From: an uncultured SAR86 cluster bacterium
GTDB taxonomy: Bacteria > Pseudomonadota > Gammaproteobacteria > Magnimaribacterales > AG-339-G14
Assembly: GCA_902526045.1 (NCBI GenBank)
Contig: CABZJI010000001.1
Location: 189,248 to 253,247 of the forward strand
Length of the DNA: 64,000 nt
Direction of reading: 5' to 3'
The translations under genes were made by a program, and so were the position numbers. This document shows positions 1-9,183 of this stretch, piece after piece. Each line of letters begins with the position of its first letter. The stretch's first letter is position 1. Under the pieces are notes generated by a model. It was not told where the DNA came from and searched no databases. It saw only the letters and a program-made list of their open reading frames with translations.

Positions 1-872
1 ATGATTCCACCTTCTAAGACATTTACAATTATGTTCGGAAAAAGGAAATATACAGGAAGAGATCCAATTCTTACGTCCCAGTCTTTTTCGGGAGTAGTCC
101 TTAAATCTTCTATTTGGCGTTTACATAAACTTAATCTCGCATTTCTCTTAAAGGTATCAAACATTTGAACGTTCCCATAAAAAGATTCAAAAAGGGTATC
201 TTTATGGAGAGTAGAAAAATGATAAGTTTCCCCAAAAGTATCGATTGCTAATTTCCAATTCATATCGGTAACATATTCTTCCTCTTGAGTTAGCACTAGA
301 TCTTTGAACCCCCATGAATCCATCTCTTCTATTAGCTTATCTCCTAAAAGATCTTGGGTATCTATGACGCCATTCTCTTTAGGGTGAACAAATAAAAATC
401 CATGCTTTTCAACACAAGGGAGCTGTTTTAAGCCGTAGCAAGATTTATCTATCTCTCCAAAGTGATCGGGTTTTGGATAACCAATTAGAGAACCTTGATT
501 ATTAAAAGTCCAGCCATGGAAAGGACAGGAAAATTTTTCCTTTTCACCTCGTCTCGCGCTTTCAACAATAACTCCTCTGTGCGTGCAAACATTTACAAAA
601 CACTTGAATTCTCCATTTGCATCACGCGTAGCAAGAATAGGCACACCAAAATCATCAGTTGTCATGAAGGAACCTTTATTTGGTAAGTCACCACTTAGAC
701 CAATGATTTGTGGATGCTCAAGGAAGAAATTATTCCATTCATTTTGGAACCTATCCTCAGATGTATAAGTATCCGCTGGATTCTTAATCATGCCTTCTGC
801 TTTTACGTTAGTTTTATTATCAAGATGATCAAGAAGACCTTTAATCACCCTGACTTGTTCCTTTTTGATCAT
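1..872 (-). CDS. Rieske [2Fe-2S] non-heme-iron oxygenase, alpha (catalytic) subunit; 3' part runs off the left edge
   Basis: Absent from the ORF track because it has no in-window stop. Reverse-strand translation from the ATG at 872-870 gives MIKKEQVRVIKGLLDHL... The Rieske motif CTHRG-x17-CPFHGW lies at about nt 510-587, followed by a mononuclear-iron-type motif DTFGETYHFSTLH. The start is 1 nt downstream of the GST stop. Confidence 0.8.
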   Translation of the reverse strand, partial: MIKKEQVRVIKGLLDHLDNKTNVKAEGMIKNPADTYTSEDRFQNEWNNFFLEHPQIIGLSGDLPNKGSFMTTDDFGVPILATRDANGEFKCFVNVCTHRGVIVESARRGEKEKFSCPFHGWTFNNQGSLIGYPKPDHFGEIDKSCYGLKQLPCVEKHGFLFVHPKENGVIDTQDLLGDKLIEEMDSWGFKDLVLTQEEEYVTDMNWKLAIDTFGETYHFSTLHKDTLFESFYGNVQMFDTFKRNARLSLCKRQIEDLRTTPEKDWDVRIGSLPVYFLFPNIIVNVLEGGI

Positions 873-873
873 A

Positions 874-1491
874 TTACGAAGGTCTGTGTTCGGTCATCTT
901 CAAAAAGGCAGGCCTTGAAGACAAGCGTTCTACATAGGCTTTTATATTTTTCATTTCATCGGTTACGCAACCCATTCTGTTGGACATGTAACAAGAATGA
1001 CCAAGCATAATATCAGCGCCTGAAAAATCACCTATCAAGTAATCTTTGCCTTCCAATGCTTCATTGATTGGTTCAAGAGCTCTTGAAAGAAGTCTTTGCG
1101 CTTGCCCTAAAACTGTTTCATCTCTTCTATCTGGCGGTAGCAAAACTGTATGGACAACAATGGTATTCATCGGTGGCATTATCATGCCTTCACAATAGTG
1201 AAACCATTGTAGATATTGTGGAAAGAGCTCTGACTGAACATCTGGCTTCAAACCTCCGTTCTTGTACTTCTCGATTATGTAATCGGTAATTGCACCTGAC
1301 TCCCATATTTGAATTTCTCCATCGTCCAAAACCGGAATTCTACCAAGCGGATGTCTTGCTCTATGCTCATCTGACTTTAAATCGCTGGGATGAAAAGCCA
1401 TTTCATTAAGTTCATAAGGTAGCTCTAGCTCTTCCAAAAGCCAAAGAATTCTTTCTGCTCTTGAGTTTGGTGCAAAATGAAGTTTTAACAT
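874..1491 (-). CDS. glutathione S-transferase family protein
   Basis: 205 aa. The N-terminal thioredoxin-like GST pattern is present (LKLHFAPNSRAERILWLLEELELPYE...HPLGRIPVLDDGEIQIWESGAITDYI). Confidence 0.85.
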   Translation of the reverse strand: MLKLHFAPNSRAERILWLLEELELPYELNEMAFHPSDLKSDEHRARHPLGRIPVLDDGEIQIWESGAITDYIIEKYKNGGLKPDVQSELFPQYLQWFHYCEGMIMPPMNTIVVHTVLLPPDRRDETVLGQAQRLLSRALEPINEALEGKDYLIGDFSGADIMLGHSCYMSNRMGCVTDEMKNIKAYVERLSSRPAFLKMTEHRPS

Positions 1492-1510
1492 TTTTATCTC
1501 CTATAAAAAT

Positions 1511-3076
1511 TTAATTTCCTGACACCATTCTATCTTTACCTTCCCAAAAAGGCTCACGTAATTCTCGACGGAGGATTTTACCTGAGGGATTTCGTGGCAA
1601 TGCCTCAATGAAATTGATAGTTTTTGGACATTTATACCCAGCTATCTGTGTTCTTGTGTATGAGATGATTTCAGTCTCATCCAGGCTTGAATCTGATTGC
1701 AAAACCACAAAACCTTTGACTGATTCACCCCATTTATCATCTGGGACACCAATAACTGCAGCATCTGCAATTTCAGGATGACTCATTAAGGCATTTTCTA
1801 CTTCTGCTGGATAAATATTTTCTCCGCCAGAAACAATCATATCTTTAACTCGATCATGAATATAAAGATAACCATCGTCATCAAAAAAGCCAGCATCACC
1901 TGAATAAAACCAACCATCTTTTATGGCATCTTCTGTGGCATCAGGTCTATTCCAATATCCTTTCATGTTCAAAGGCGATTTTGAGATGACTTCTCCTATC
2001 TCGCCAGTTTTTACTTCATTTCCTTCTTCGTTGATAACTTTAATTTCAACGCTATTGAGAGCTTTTCCACATGATCTTAATTTACCTTTTTCTGGATCAT
2101 GATCTTCTGGCATTAAAATTGTTATTGCGCCTGCAGTTTCAGTTAATCCATAGACCTGAAATAGATCGCATTTCATAATTTCTTGAGCCTTAAGAATAGT
2201 ATCATCAGCTATTGGTGAAGCACCGTAGAGTACAAACTTAAGAGATGAAAAATCTGTTTCAGCCGATTGGGGAATTGATACTAAGAACAGGATTACTGCT
2301 GGAACGAAAAGAGAAGAACGTATTTTTTCCTTTTCTATTAGTTCCAAAATTAAGACAGGATCAATATCTGCAATAATTATATTTTTGCAGCCGTTTACTA
2401 AGCCCCAAATACCCCAATTAGTTCCTGCAACGTGATAACCAGGCATGCATACTAAATTAGGTGTGCCTTCTTCAAAAGGGACTATGCCTTCAATGGTATC
2501 GTTAGCCGAAGAAAAGTTTTGATTTGTGAGTTGTACTCCTTTTGGATGACCCGTTGTACCCGAAGTATAAAGCTGAATAATATCGTCATCTAATAATGTT
2601 GAAATTCCAGGATCATCATCAGCCTGACTATCTCGCCACGCGATATAACTTTCAAAAGTTTCGTGCGTATCGTCGACTGCAATGATTTTTTTAATTTGAG
2701 GTATTTCATCTTTGATTTGCTCGATTACTGGATAAAATTCTTCACCAACGAAAAGTACCTCACTTTCAGAATCATTTAAGACATAGACTACTTCTGGTGG
2801 AGCAAGTCTCCAATTTACCCCAACCGCAACGGTTGCAGATTTCATTGTCCCTACGAGGAATTCAAAGAAATAGTCAGAATTTTTTCCATAATAGGCGATT
2901 CTTGTATCTGGCTTACAACCCTCTTTAATAAGGCCATTAGCAACCTTATTTGATAAATGGTCTAATTCTTTATAGGAAGTTTCTCTATCAAGAAACTTGT
3001 GCGCCACCAAGTCAGGCGTTTGTTCAACTCGCCATTTAAATAGTTCTTGAACTGTTTTATCTCTAGGTATATTCAT
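1511..3076 (-). CDS. AMP-dependent acyl-CoA synthetase/ligase (FadD-like)
   Basis: 521 aa. It carries the adenylate-forming motifs YTSGTTGHPKGV, GYWN and GWFYSGD...DRVKDMIVSGGENIYP. Confidence 0.9.
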   Translation of the reverse strand: MNIPRDKTVQELFKWRVEQTPDLVAHKFLDRETSYKELDHLSNKVANGLIKEGCKPDTRIAYYGKNSDYFFEFLVGTMKSATVAVGVNWRLAPPEVVYVLNDSESEVLFVGEEFYPVIEQIKDEIPQIKKIIAVDDTHETFESYIAWRDSQADDDPGISTLLDDDIIQLYTSGTTGHPKGVQLTNQNFSSANDTIEGIVPFEEGTPNLVCMPGYHVAGTNWGIWGLVNGCKNIIIADIDPVLILELIEKEKIRSSLFVPAVILFLVSIPQSAETDFSSLKFVLYGASPIADDTILKAQEIMKCDLFQVYGLTETAGAITILMPEDHDPEKGKLRSCGKALNSVEIKVINEEGNEVKTGEIGEVISKSPLNMKGYWNRPDATEDAIKDGWFYSGDAGFFDDDGYLYIHDRVKDMIVSGGENIYPAEVENALMSHPEIADAAVIGVPDDKWGESVKGFVVLQSDSSLDETEIISYTRTQIAGYKCPKTINFIEALPRNPSGKILRRELREPFWEGKDRMVSGN

Positions 3077-3137
3077 TTTTTCAATAAATTAATATGTTAA
3101 TTTATAGTTAATCAAATTATTAAAGAGAAGTACAACA

Positions 3138-3698
3138 ATGGAAAGCAAAGCTTTATTAAATATTCTGGAGAGAAATTCTCCAAGGCAACTAATCGAACCT
3201 CACCCCGATGCAGAGCAAATGAAGTTAGTATACAAAGCTGCCCTTAGAGCTCCTGATCATGGTTGGATTAGACCTACGAGATTTATTGAAGTTTCAGGTG
3301 ATGGCTTAGAAAAACTTTCAAATATTTTTCAACAATTTGCTCAAGACCATTTAGAAGATGTTTCTGACGCAACGTTAGAAAAATATAAACAAGCTCCTTT
3401 TAGAGCTCCAATGATAGTTATTCTCGTTTCTACCATTAAAGAACATCCAAAGGTGCCAGCTCTAGAACAAATGTTTTCAACGGCTACAGCTGGACAAAAT
3501 ATTCTTTTGGCTTTGAATGCACTAGGTTTTGGCGGGATTTGGCGGACTGGAAAATTCGCTATGAATAAGCAAATAGGATCTTTCTTAGGTCTCGAGGATA
3601 ACCAAGAGGTTTTAGGATATCTTTATATAGGAACTCCAGTTGGAGAAAACAAAAAGATTCCTGAACTTGATCCTGAGAACTTTGTAAAAAAATTATAA
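3138..3698 (+). CDS. nitroreductase family protein (YdjA-like NAD(P)H nitroreductase)
   Basis: 186 aa. The pattern RNSPRQL...APDHGWIRPTRFIEV...GGIWRTG and the length fit small nitroreductases. Confidence 0.75.
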   Translation: MESKALLNILERNSPRQLIEPHPDAEQMKLVYKAALRAPDHGWIRPTRFIEVSGDGLEKLSNIFQQFAQDHLEDVSDATLEKYKQAPFRAPMIVILVSTIKEHPKVPALEQMFSTATAGQNILLALNALGFGGIWRTGKFAMNKQIGSFLGLEDNQEVLGYLYIGTPVGENKKIPELDPENFVKKL

Positions 3699-3725
3699 GG
3701 TAGCAAAATCAAGAGTTATTAAATA

Positions 3726-4616
3726 ATGAGCTCGCATTCTTCTTTACTTGTAGATATTGGCGGCACCAACATGCGATATGCCTATGCAAATAAAAAAGAT
3801 ATTACCGATGAAAAAATCCTTTCAAATATTTCTGATCAAAAGATAAGCAATACGTTGTGTGATCTTTTATCGAATCCCCAAATTAAAAATACCGTTATAG
3901 CTGCCGCTGGTCCAAGACTTGGCAATAAAATAAAAATGACAAATAGGGAAATCATAATCGATGGAGATTTTCTAGGCAGAAAGTTTAAATTGGCTAACTC
4001 TCAGGTTCTCAATGATTGGGAAGCAGTAGGTTACGCTGTTGATGAAATGACTTTAAAACAAATTAAAAGAGGTAAATCGAAGTCCAATGTGGATTTAATG
4101 ATTGGACCTGGAACAGGCCTAGGCTTTGCTATTGTTTCCGATGGAAAAGTGATTCCGACGGAGATAGGAAATACAAAACTTCACAGCAAATTGCTTTTGA
4201 ATAACTTAGGAATTAAGCCATCAAAATCTTTTGCAGTCCTTGAAGATGCAATTTCAGGTCCAGGCATTAGCAGAGCATATCAATCCAGATATAAGAAGAA
4301 ATTATCTCCAGAAGAAATTGTTCTCCTGGCTAAAAAAAGAAACCCGAAAGCAAAATTTATAATCTATGGCTTTGTAGATAACTTAATCCAGTTTATGCAG
4401 GATGTTTCGATTGCATATTTACCCAGAAGAATTTTACTTGGTGGTTCACTGATAACCGATCTGGCTTATCTTTTGAAAGATAATAAATTCTTGAGGCACT
4501 ATACAGATCATCCCAAAGACCAACATACGGATATTCTTAATTCCGTTGAAATAAATCTTATTACTAGTAAGACGCCTGCGTTAAAAGGTTGCTTTAATTA
4601 CTTATACAAAAGTTAG
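3726..4616 (+). CDS. glucokinase-family sugar kinase (divergent)
   Basis: 296 aa. Glk-type motifs are present: LLVDIGGTNMRYA, MTN, LNDWEAVGY, GPGTGLG and EDAISGPG. The EGGH sugar-binding motif reads EIGN here. Confidence 0.6.
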   Translation: MSSHSSLLVDIGGTNMRYAYANKKDITDEKILSNISDQKISNTLCDLLSNPQIKNTVIAAAGPRLGNKIKMTNREIIIDGDFLGRKFKLANSQVLNDWEAVGYAVDEMTLKQIKRGKSKSNVDLMIGPGTGLGFAIVSDGKVIPTEIGNTKLHSKLLLNNLGIKPSKSFAVLEDAISGPGISRAYQSRYKKKLSPEEIVLLAKKRNPKAKFIIYGFVDNLIQFMQDVSIAYLPRRILLGGSLITDLAYLLKDNKFLRHYTDHPKDQHTDILNSVEINLITSKTPALKGCFNYLYKS

Positions 4617-5464
4617 TGAACAAAGTATTTAAAGTGTCCAATGGTCGGGAAATTGTAGCCTCAGAGTGGGGAGATAATGACAATCCGCTTGTCATTATGT
4701 TGCACGGAGGAGGGCAAACAAGACATTCTTGGAAAGGCGTTGCAGCTAAAATTTCTGATTTAGGTTTTTATGTAATCGCGCATGATTTAAGAGGCCATGG
4801 AGAAAGCTTTTGGGACAAAAATGGAGATTATACTTTTGATGCCCACAGAGATGATCTCATCAGGATAATTCAGCAACTTGGAAAGAAAGCTAATTTAGTT
4901 GGCGCCTCCTTAGGTGGCATGATTTCTTTATCTCTCGCTGGGCACCGGGAAGAAAGTAAGTATTGTTCAGGCCTAATTATGGTCGACATAGGAATGCGGC
5001 CTAACGACGAAGGTTCAGACAGAATAGTTGAATTTATGCGTTCAGGAGCAAAAGGCTTCGCCTCAATTGAAGAAGCTGCAGATGCTGTTTCAGGCTATCT
5101 GCCTCACAGAAAAAGACCAAAAGACATATCTGGGCTGAAAAAAAATTTACGCCTAAAAGAGGATGATCGTTACTACTGGCACTGGGATCCTCTTTTTTTA
5201 ACAGATAGAACCGGGATGGGTGAGGTAAGAGAAGAACGATTTAAACAATTAGAAAGTTCTGCCAGAAGAATTCAAGTACCTACACTGCTAGTCCAAGGAG
5301 CCTTGAGCGATATTTTAACCAACAAAGAGAAAGCTGAATTTCTTAACGCAGTACCCCATGCTAGATTTGCTGAAATAGAGCAGGCCACACACATGGTTGT
5401 TGGGGACAAAAATGATATTTTTGCAGAAGCGATTGTGGATTTCTTGAGTGAACATATTGGATAG
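4616..5464 (+). CDS. alpha/beta hydrolase
   Basis: 282 aa. It has an HGGGQTRHSW oxyanion region and a GASLGG nucleophile elbow. The GTG start overlaps the upstream stop (TAGTG). Confidence 0.8.
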   Translation: MNKVFKVSNGREIVASEWGDNDNPLVIMLHGGGQTRHSWKGVAAKISDLGFYVIAHDLRGHGESFWDKNGDYTFDAHRDDLIRIIQQLGKKANLVGASLGGMISLSLAGHREESKYCSGLIMVDIGMRPNDEGSDRIVEFMRSGAKGFASIEEAADAVSGYLPHRKRPKDISGLKKNLRLKEDDRYYWHWDPLFLTDRTGMGEVREERFKQLESSARRIQVPTLLVQGALSDILTNKEKAEFLNAVPHARFAEIEQATHMVVGDKNDIFAEAIVDFLSEHIG

Positions 5465-5497
5465 GGTAATTTATGTAAGAACAATATAGGAGGTTCT

Positions 5498-6076
5498 ATG
5501 AGTTACTCGTTCTTAGGAGGAGAGTCTAGAAAGAAGTTCTCTGATCAAGAGGATTTATTTAAGGTGATTGAAGGTTTCATGGGATATTTACCTAACTCCC
5601 ATTTATCCATGGCGGTAAATCCACAGTTGAATCAGAGCTTTGCAGCTTTAGCTGGAACAATTTTTGCATCGCAAAATATTGATCAAGGCTCAATGCAGCT
5701 CATTGCATTAGCTTCGAGTCTATCATCTGGATGTAAGTATTGTCAGGCGCACACATCTCATGGAGCTCACCAAGCTGGCGTCAACGAGGAAAAGATAAAT
5801 GATATTTTAAGATATCAGGAAAGTTCACATTACGATGATTCAGAAAAGGCAATTCTTGATTTAGCTTTTGCTTCCGGCAAGACACCAAATCAAGCAAATC
5901 AGGAGCACTTTGATAATTTATTGAAGTATTTTAATAATGAACAAATTATCGATATGGTTGCTGTTATTTCTTTGTTTGGTTTCTTAAATAGATGGAACGA
6001 TACCCTTGGCTCACATTTAGAGGATGTGCCGAATTCGTTTGTTGAAGATAAATTAAAACCCCTTGGCTGGAAATAA
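5498..6076 (+). CDS. carboxymuconolactone decarboxylase (AhpD-like, peroxidase-related) family protein
   Basis: 192 aa with a CKYCQAHTSHGA motif (the CxxC..H of AhpD/CMD-fold proteins). Confidence 0.65.
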   Translation: MSYSFLGGESRKKFSDQEDLFKVIEGFMGYLPNSHLSMAVNPQLNQSFAALAGTIFASQNIDQGSMQLIALASSLSSGCKYCQAHTSHGAHQAGVNEEKINDILRYQESSHYDDSEKAILDLAFASGKTPNQANQEHFDNLLKYFNNEQIIDMVAVISLFGFLNRWNDTLGSHLEDVPNSFVEDKLKPLGWK

Positions 6077-6839
6077 CTTATTTCAAGCACCTCCTTGGGG
6101 TGATGGTTATTCTAAGTACAGACTTGGTCTTAACCCCATTCATGAAGAAAATTGGTTCAATGAACCTATTTCAAAAGAAGTTTTTGAACATAAATTTAAT
6201 CTCCTTAATAATAACTACAGCGAAGTCGTTGCTGCTACAGAAGATTCTCTTCTAGCTCAACAAATATTAGCGAAAAACATACCAACCCTAAAATGCGAAT
6301 ATCCAGATCCTATCGCTGATACATCTTTGTTAGTCCCAGATGACCTTTGTTTGATTGAGTCAAATGGAAAGCAAAGGATGTTGGCGGCATCTGTATGCTC
6401 TCCTAGTTATTGGAATATCCAGGATAAAATAGGTAAACCTCTTTATGATGTTCATGCTCCCGTTAAAGGTCTTAATAATAAGATTGGTGCAAACATAGGC
6501 AGATTCATTGAAAGAGCTCCCTTACTTCAACCCTTTGAGAGAGAAAATTGGCTCATCCATGCAGATACAAAAAGATTCCACCTTTTCGGAGAGTCTGAGA
6601 TTGTTAACAATCCAGATAATTGGTTTGTCAGAAGTGAGAGAGAAACGATCTGTAAAATTCATGATGACTATTCTCTGTTTACTATCAGAGTGAACTTTGC
6701 GCCTATTAGAGAAATACATGCTTATGAATCTGCAAAAGCCGGCATGCTTAAAAGTTTAATAAATATGGACAAAGATGAAGTAAATTATTTTGGCGGTGCC
6801 AAAAAAGTTAAGACACTTATAGAATATCTAAATAATTAA
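6063..6839 (+). CDS. DUF3445 family protein (heme-dependent oxidative N-demethylase-like)
   Basis: 258 aa. The N-terminal YRLGLNPIHEENWF pattern and the length fit DUF3445. The only plausible start is TTG at 6063, which overlaps the upstream gene by 14 nt; the first in-frame ATG is about 105 codons in. Confidence 0.5.
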   Translation: MAGNNLFQAPPWGDGYSKYRLGLNPIHEENWFNEPISKEVFEHKFNLLNNNYSEVVAATEDSLLAQQILAKNIPTLKCEYPDPIADTSLLVPDDLCLIESNGKQRMLAASVCSPSYWNIQDKIGKPLYDVHAPVKGLNNKIGANIGRFIERAPLLQPFERENWLIHADTKRFHLFGESEIVNNPDNWFVRSERETICKIHDDYSLFTIRVNFAPIREIHAYESAKAGMLKSLINMDKDEVNYFGGAKKVKTLIEYLNN

Positions 6840-6861
6840 ATTAAAAATGAAAGGGGGAAAA

Positions 6862-7170
6862 ATGAAAGATGTAAAGGTCTTTATGATTGTGAATCTTCAA
6901 ATTCATGATGCTGATATGTATAGAAATTATGAAAAAGGTTTCTTTCCAATTCTTAAAAAACACGGAGGAGAATTCATTACCTATGATGACAATATAGTTA
7001 ATGTGGAAGGAGATAACGAGGTAACGGGAAGAATTATCATCTTTTCTTTTCCCAATGAGGAAGCTGCTGATAAATGGTACAACGATCCAGAATATCAAGA
7101 GATTTCAAAATTCAGAAGAGAGTCCACTACAACTCAACTAATTAAAGTCAAAGGCATGTTGCCCAGATAA
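6862..7170 (+). CDS. DUF1330 domain protein
   Basis: MKDVKVFMIVNLQIHDADMYRNYEKGFFPILKKHGGEF...FPNEEAADKWYNDPEYQEI. The track starts at 6847, but the ATG at 6862 follows an AAGGGGG Shine-Dalgarno. Confidence 0.7.
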   Translation: MKDVKVFMIVNLQIHDADMYRNYEKGFFPILKKHGGEFITYDDNIVNVEGDNEVTGRIIIFSFPNEEAADKWYNDPEYQEISKFRRESTTTQLIKVKGMLPR

Positions 7171-7177
7171 GCTTGAG

Positions 7178-8140
7178 CTATGGTTTTTGAAAAGCTAAGA
7201 AAGTTTTTATTGCTTCTAAAACTTCTGACGGTTGTCGATAGGTGATGTCATGAGTGCCGTCTTTAATTGTTATCAATTTCCCTTCATTAAAAATTACTGA
7301 GTAAGTCTCTGCACCCTTATAAGATACGATTCCATCGTTATCTCCCCAAATAGCGATTGAGGGAATATTTTTTTCAGCAACTTTTTTAAACATATCTCGT
7401 GCATCAAAAAGATTAAAATTCCTCATCGTTGAAGCTAAAGATTCGCGAAATCCTTTAAATTTCATTTGAAAGGAAAAAAGCGTCTGAAATTCTTCTTCAT
7501 TGATAGATAGAGGATCTGTGCTATGAGTGGTTTCAGAACTTATGGCAGAACCATATAACTTATCCGCTAAAACATGCATAGCCCACTCAATTACTCCAGG
7601 AATCTTCATATATAGAGGAAAGGATGTTTGCACTTTTCCAAATCCAGCTGGAGCGATAAAAGACAAACTTTTTACTTGCTTGGAGTATTTTTGTGCAAAT
7701 CCACCAATGATAGGACCGCCCATGGAGTATCCAATCAAATGGATTTTTCCATCTATATTTTGATCAGAAATAAGCTCTTTCAGAGTTTCAACATAAAAAT
7801 CTAGAGAGTATTTAGCTTTGGGTCTTTCGGAAAATCCCCTACCGTAATGATCATAAACTAAGATGGAGAAACCTTTATCTAAGAGCCCGCCAAGAAGCCC
7901 ATTCCATACAAAGCTGGGAGTTGAGAAACCATGTACCATGAGAATAGTTTGGCCATTTTTTTCTTCTGGTTCATGCCATCTATAATAAATATTACCTTTA
8001 GAAAGTTTTGCCCATCCGCCATCCGATGGAATATCTTTCGAACTGATATTTTTTAAGTCTTTAGTTTTGAGCCAATAGGGGAGGTAGATCCCAAGCATCA
8101 AAACACCTAAAAGGCTTACAACCAGAAATTCTATGGACAT
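7178..8140 (-). CDS. membrane-anchored alpha/beta hydrolase
   Basis: 320 aa. It has an N-terminal TM helix, an HGFSTPSFVW oxyanion region and a GYSMGG nucleophile elbow. Confidence 0.8.
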   Translation of the reverse strand: MSIEFLVVSLLGVLMLGIYLPYWLKTKDLKNISSKDIPSDGGWAKLSKGNIYYRWHEPEEKNGQTILMVHGFSTPSFVWNGLLGGLLDKGFSILVYDHYGRGFSERPKAKYSLDFYVETLKELISDQNIDGKIHLIGYSMGGPIIGGFAQKYSKQVKSLSFIAPAGFGKVQTSFPLYMKIPGVIEWAMHVLADKLYGSAISSETTHSTDPLSINEEEFQTLFSFQMKFKGFRESLASTMRNFNLFDARDMFKKVAEKNIPSIAIWGDNDGIVSYKGAETYSVIFNEGKLITIKDGTHDITYRQPSEVLEAIKTFLAFQKP

Positions 8141-8147
8141 TGACTAA

Positions 8148-8414
8148 TTAGTCACTAAATTCTTCAAAAACAGTCGTTTCAATAATATGTCCTGAATCCT
8201 CAATGGTTTCATTGTTGCCTTGCATAAATTCTTGAACTGCTTCTAAGGACTCTGCAGATAAGGCTATTCTCACTTTTGAAGGATTATCCAACTCATATCC
8301 AACAGCCAAGGTTTCAATACCATTCTCATTGAGATTATCCTGATCATCATTAAAAACTTCCTTCCAATCTTCAAAATCCTTTGCAATTTCAAACGTTATA
8401 TAAACTGTAGCCAT
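8148..8414 (-). CDS. hypothetical small acidic protein
   Basis: 88-aa ORF in a gap with no competing gene. I recognise no motif. Confidence 0.45.
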   Translation of the reverse strand: MATVYITFEIAKDFEDWKEVFNDDQDNLNENGIETLAVGYELDNPSKVRIALSAESLEAVQEFMQGNNETIEDSGHIIETTVFEEFSD

Positions 8415-8510
8415 TTCCTATCCTTTGTTTCTTTATTCTCAAAAATATAGCTAAAAAAGATACATTTTACAAAAACTATCTTCTATACTTTTTAAAAAAA
8501 AGGGAAGCTA

Positions 8511-8882
8511 ATGAAAAAAATTGCAACTTATAGGACGCTTGGAACCAACAACTTAGAATCCGCTAAATCCTTTTATGATGGTTTATTTGAGGATATTGAG
8601 ACAATGAGCTTTTCGCCCAATGACAGAAGTTGGTTTTGGGTTATTAAAGGAGATGACTCCATGTTTGCAATTTTTATTCCTTATGATGGAGAAGAAGCTT
8701 CAGTAGGTAATGGCAGTATGACGGGATTCCTAATGAACTCCGAACAAGAGGTCGATGATATTTATGCTAAAGCAGTTTCATTAGGTGCAACTGATGAAGG
8801 TGCTCCTGGAAGACGCACAAAGAACTTTTACGGCGCTTACGTGAGAGACCTGGACGGAAATAAGTTAGTTTTTTATATTTGA
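8511..8882 (+). CDS. VOC (glyoxalase/bleomycin-resistance fold) family protein
   Basis: 123 aa. The C-terminal GAYVRDLDGNKLVF is typical of VOC-fold proteins. Confidence 0.65.
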   Translation: MKKIATYRTLGTNNLESAKSFYDGLFEDIETMSFSPNDRSWFWVIKGDDSMFAIFIPYDGEEASVGNGSMTGFLMNSEQEVDDIYAKAVSLGATDEGAPGRRTKNFYGAYVRDLDGNKLVFYI

Positions 8883-8942
8883 TACAATTTATTAAGACGT
8901 TTTACAGAAACATCTGTACACTATATTTCTTTTTAGGATTTT

Positions 8943-9182
8943 ATGAATATTTACGTAGGAAATATCGCTTGGTCGGTCTCAGATGACCAACTAGAAGAAC
9001 TTTTTGCACAATTCGGTACTGTTACTTCAGCTAAAATCATCATCGACAAATTTTCAAAGCGCTCAAGAGGTTTTGGTTTTGTTGAAATGGCTGACGGCGG
9101 TGAGCAGGCAATTGCAGAATTGAACGAAAAAGACTTCGAAGGTAGACCATTAGTGGTAAACGAATCAAGAAGTAAAGATTAG
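8943..9182 (+). CDS. single-domain RRM-type RNA-binding protein
   Basis: 79 aa with RNP-2 IYVGNI and RNP-1 RGFGFVEM. Confidence 0.9.
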   Translation: MNIYVGNIAWSVSDDQLEELFAQFGTVTSAKIIIDKFSKRSRGFGFVEMADGGEQAIAELNEKDFEGRPLVVNESRSKD

Positions 9183-9183
9183 C

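Noticed and set aside
495-1010. Plus-strand ORFs 495-686, 583-768 and 708-1010.
   Set aside because: They overlap the minus-strand Rieske oxygenase (clear CxH...CxxH motif) and the GST gene. They are shadow frames.
3726-4616. The glucokinase-like protein as a degenerate or non-catalytic kinase (EGGH motif reads EIGN).
   Set aside because: The ATP-binding DIGGTN, catalytic-Asp (NDW) and GTGLG motifs are intact. One substituted sugar-contact residue does not support a pseudoenzyme claim without an alignment.
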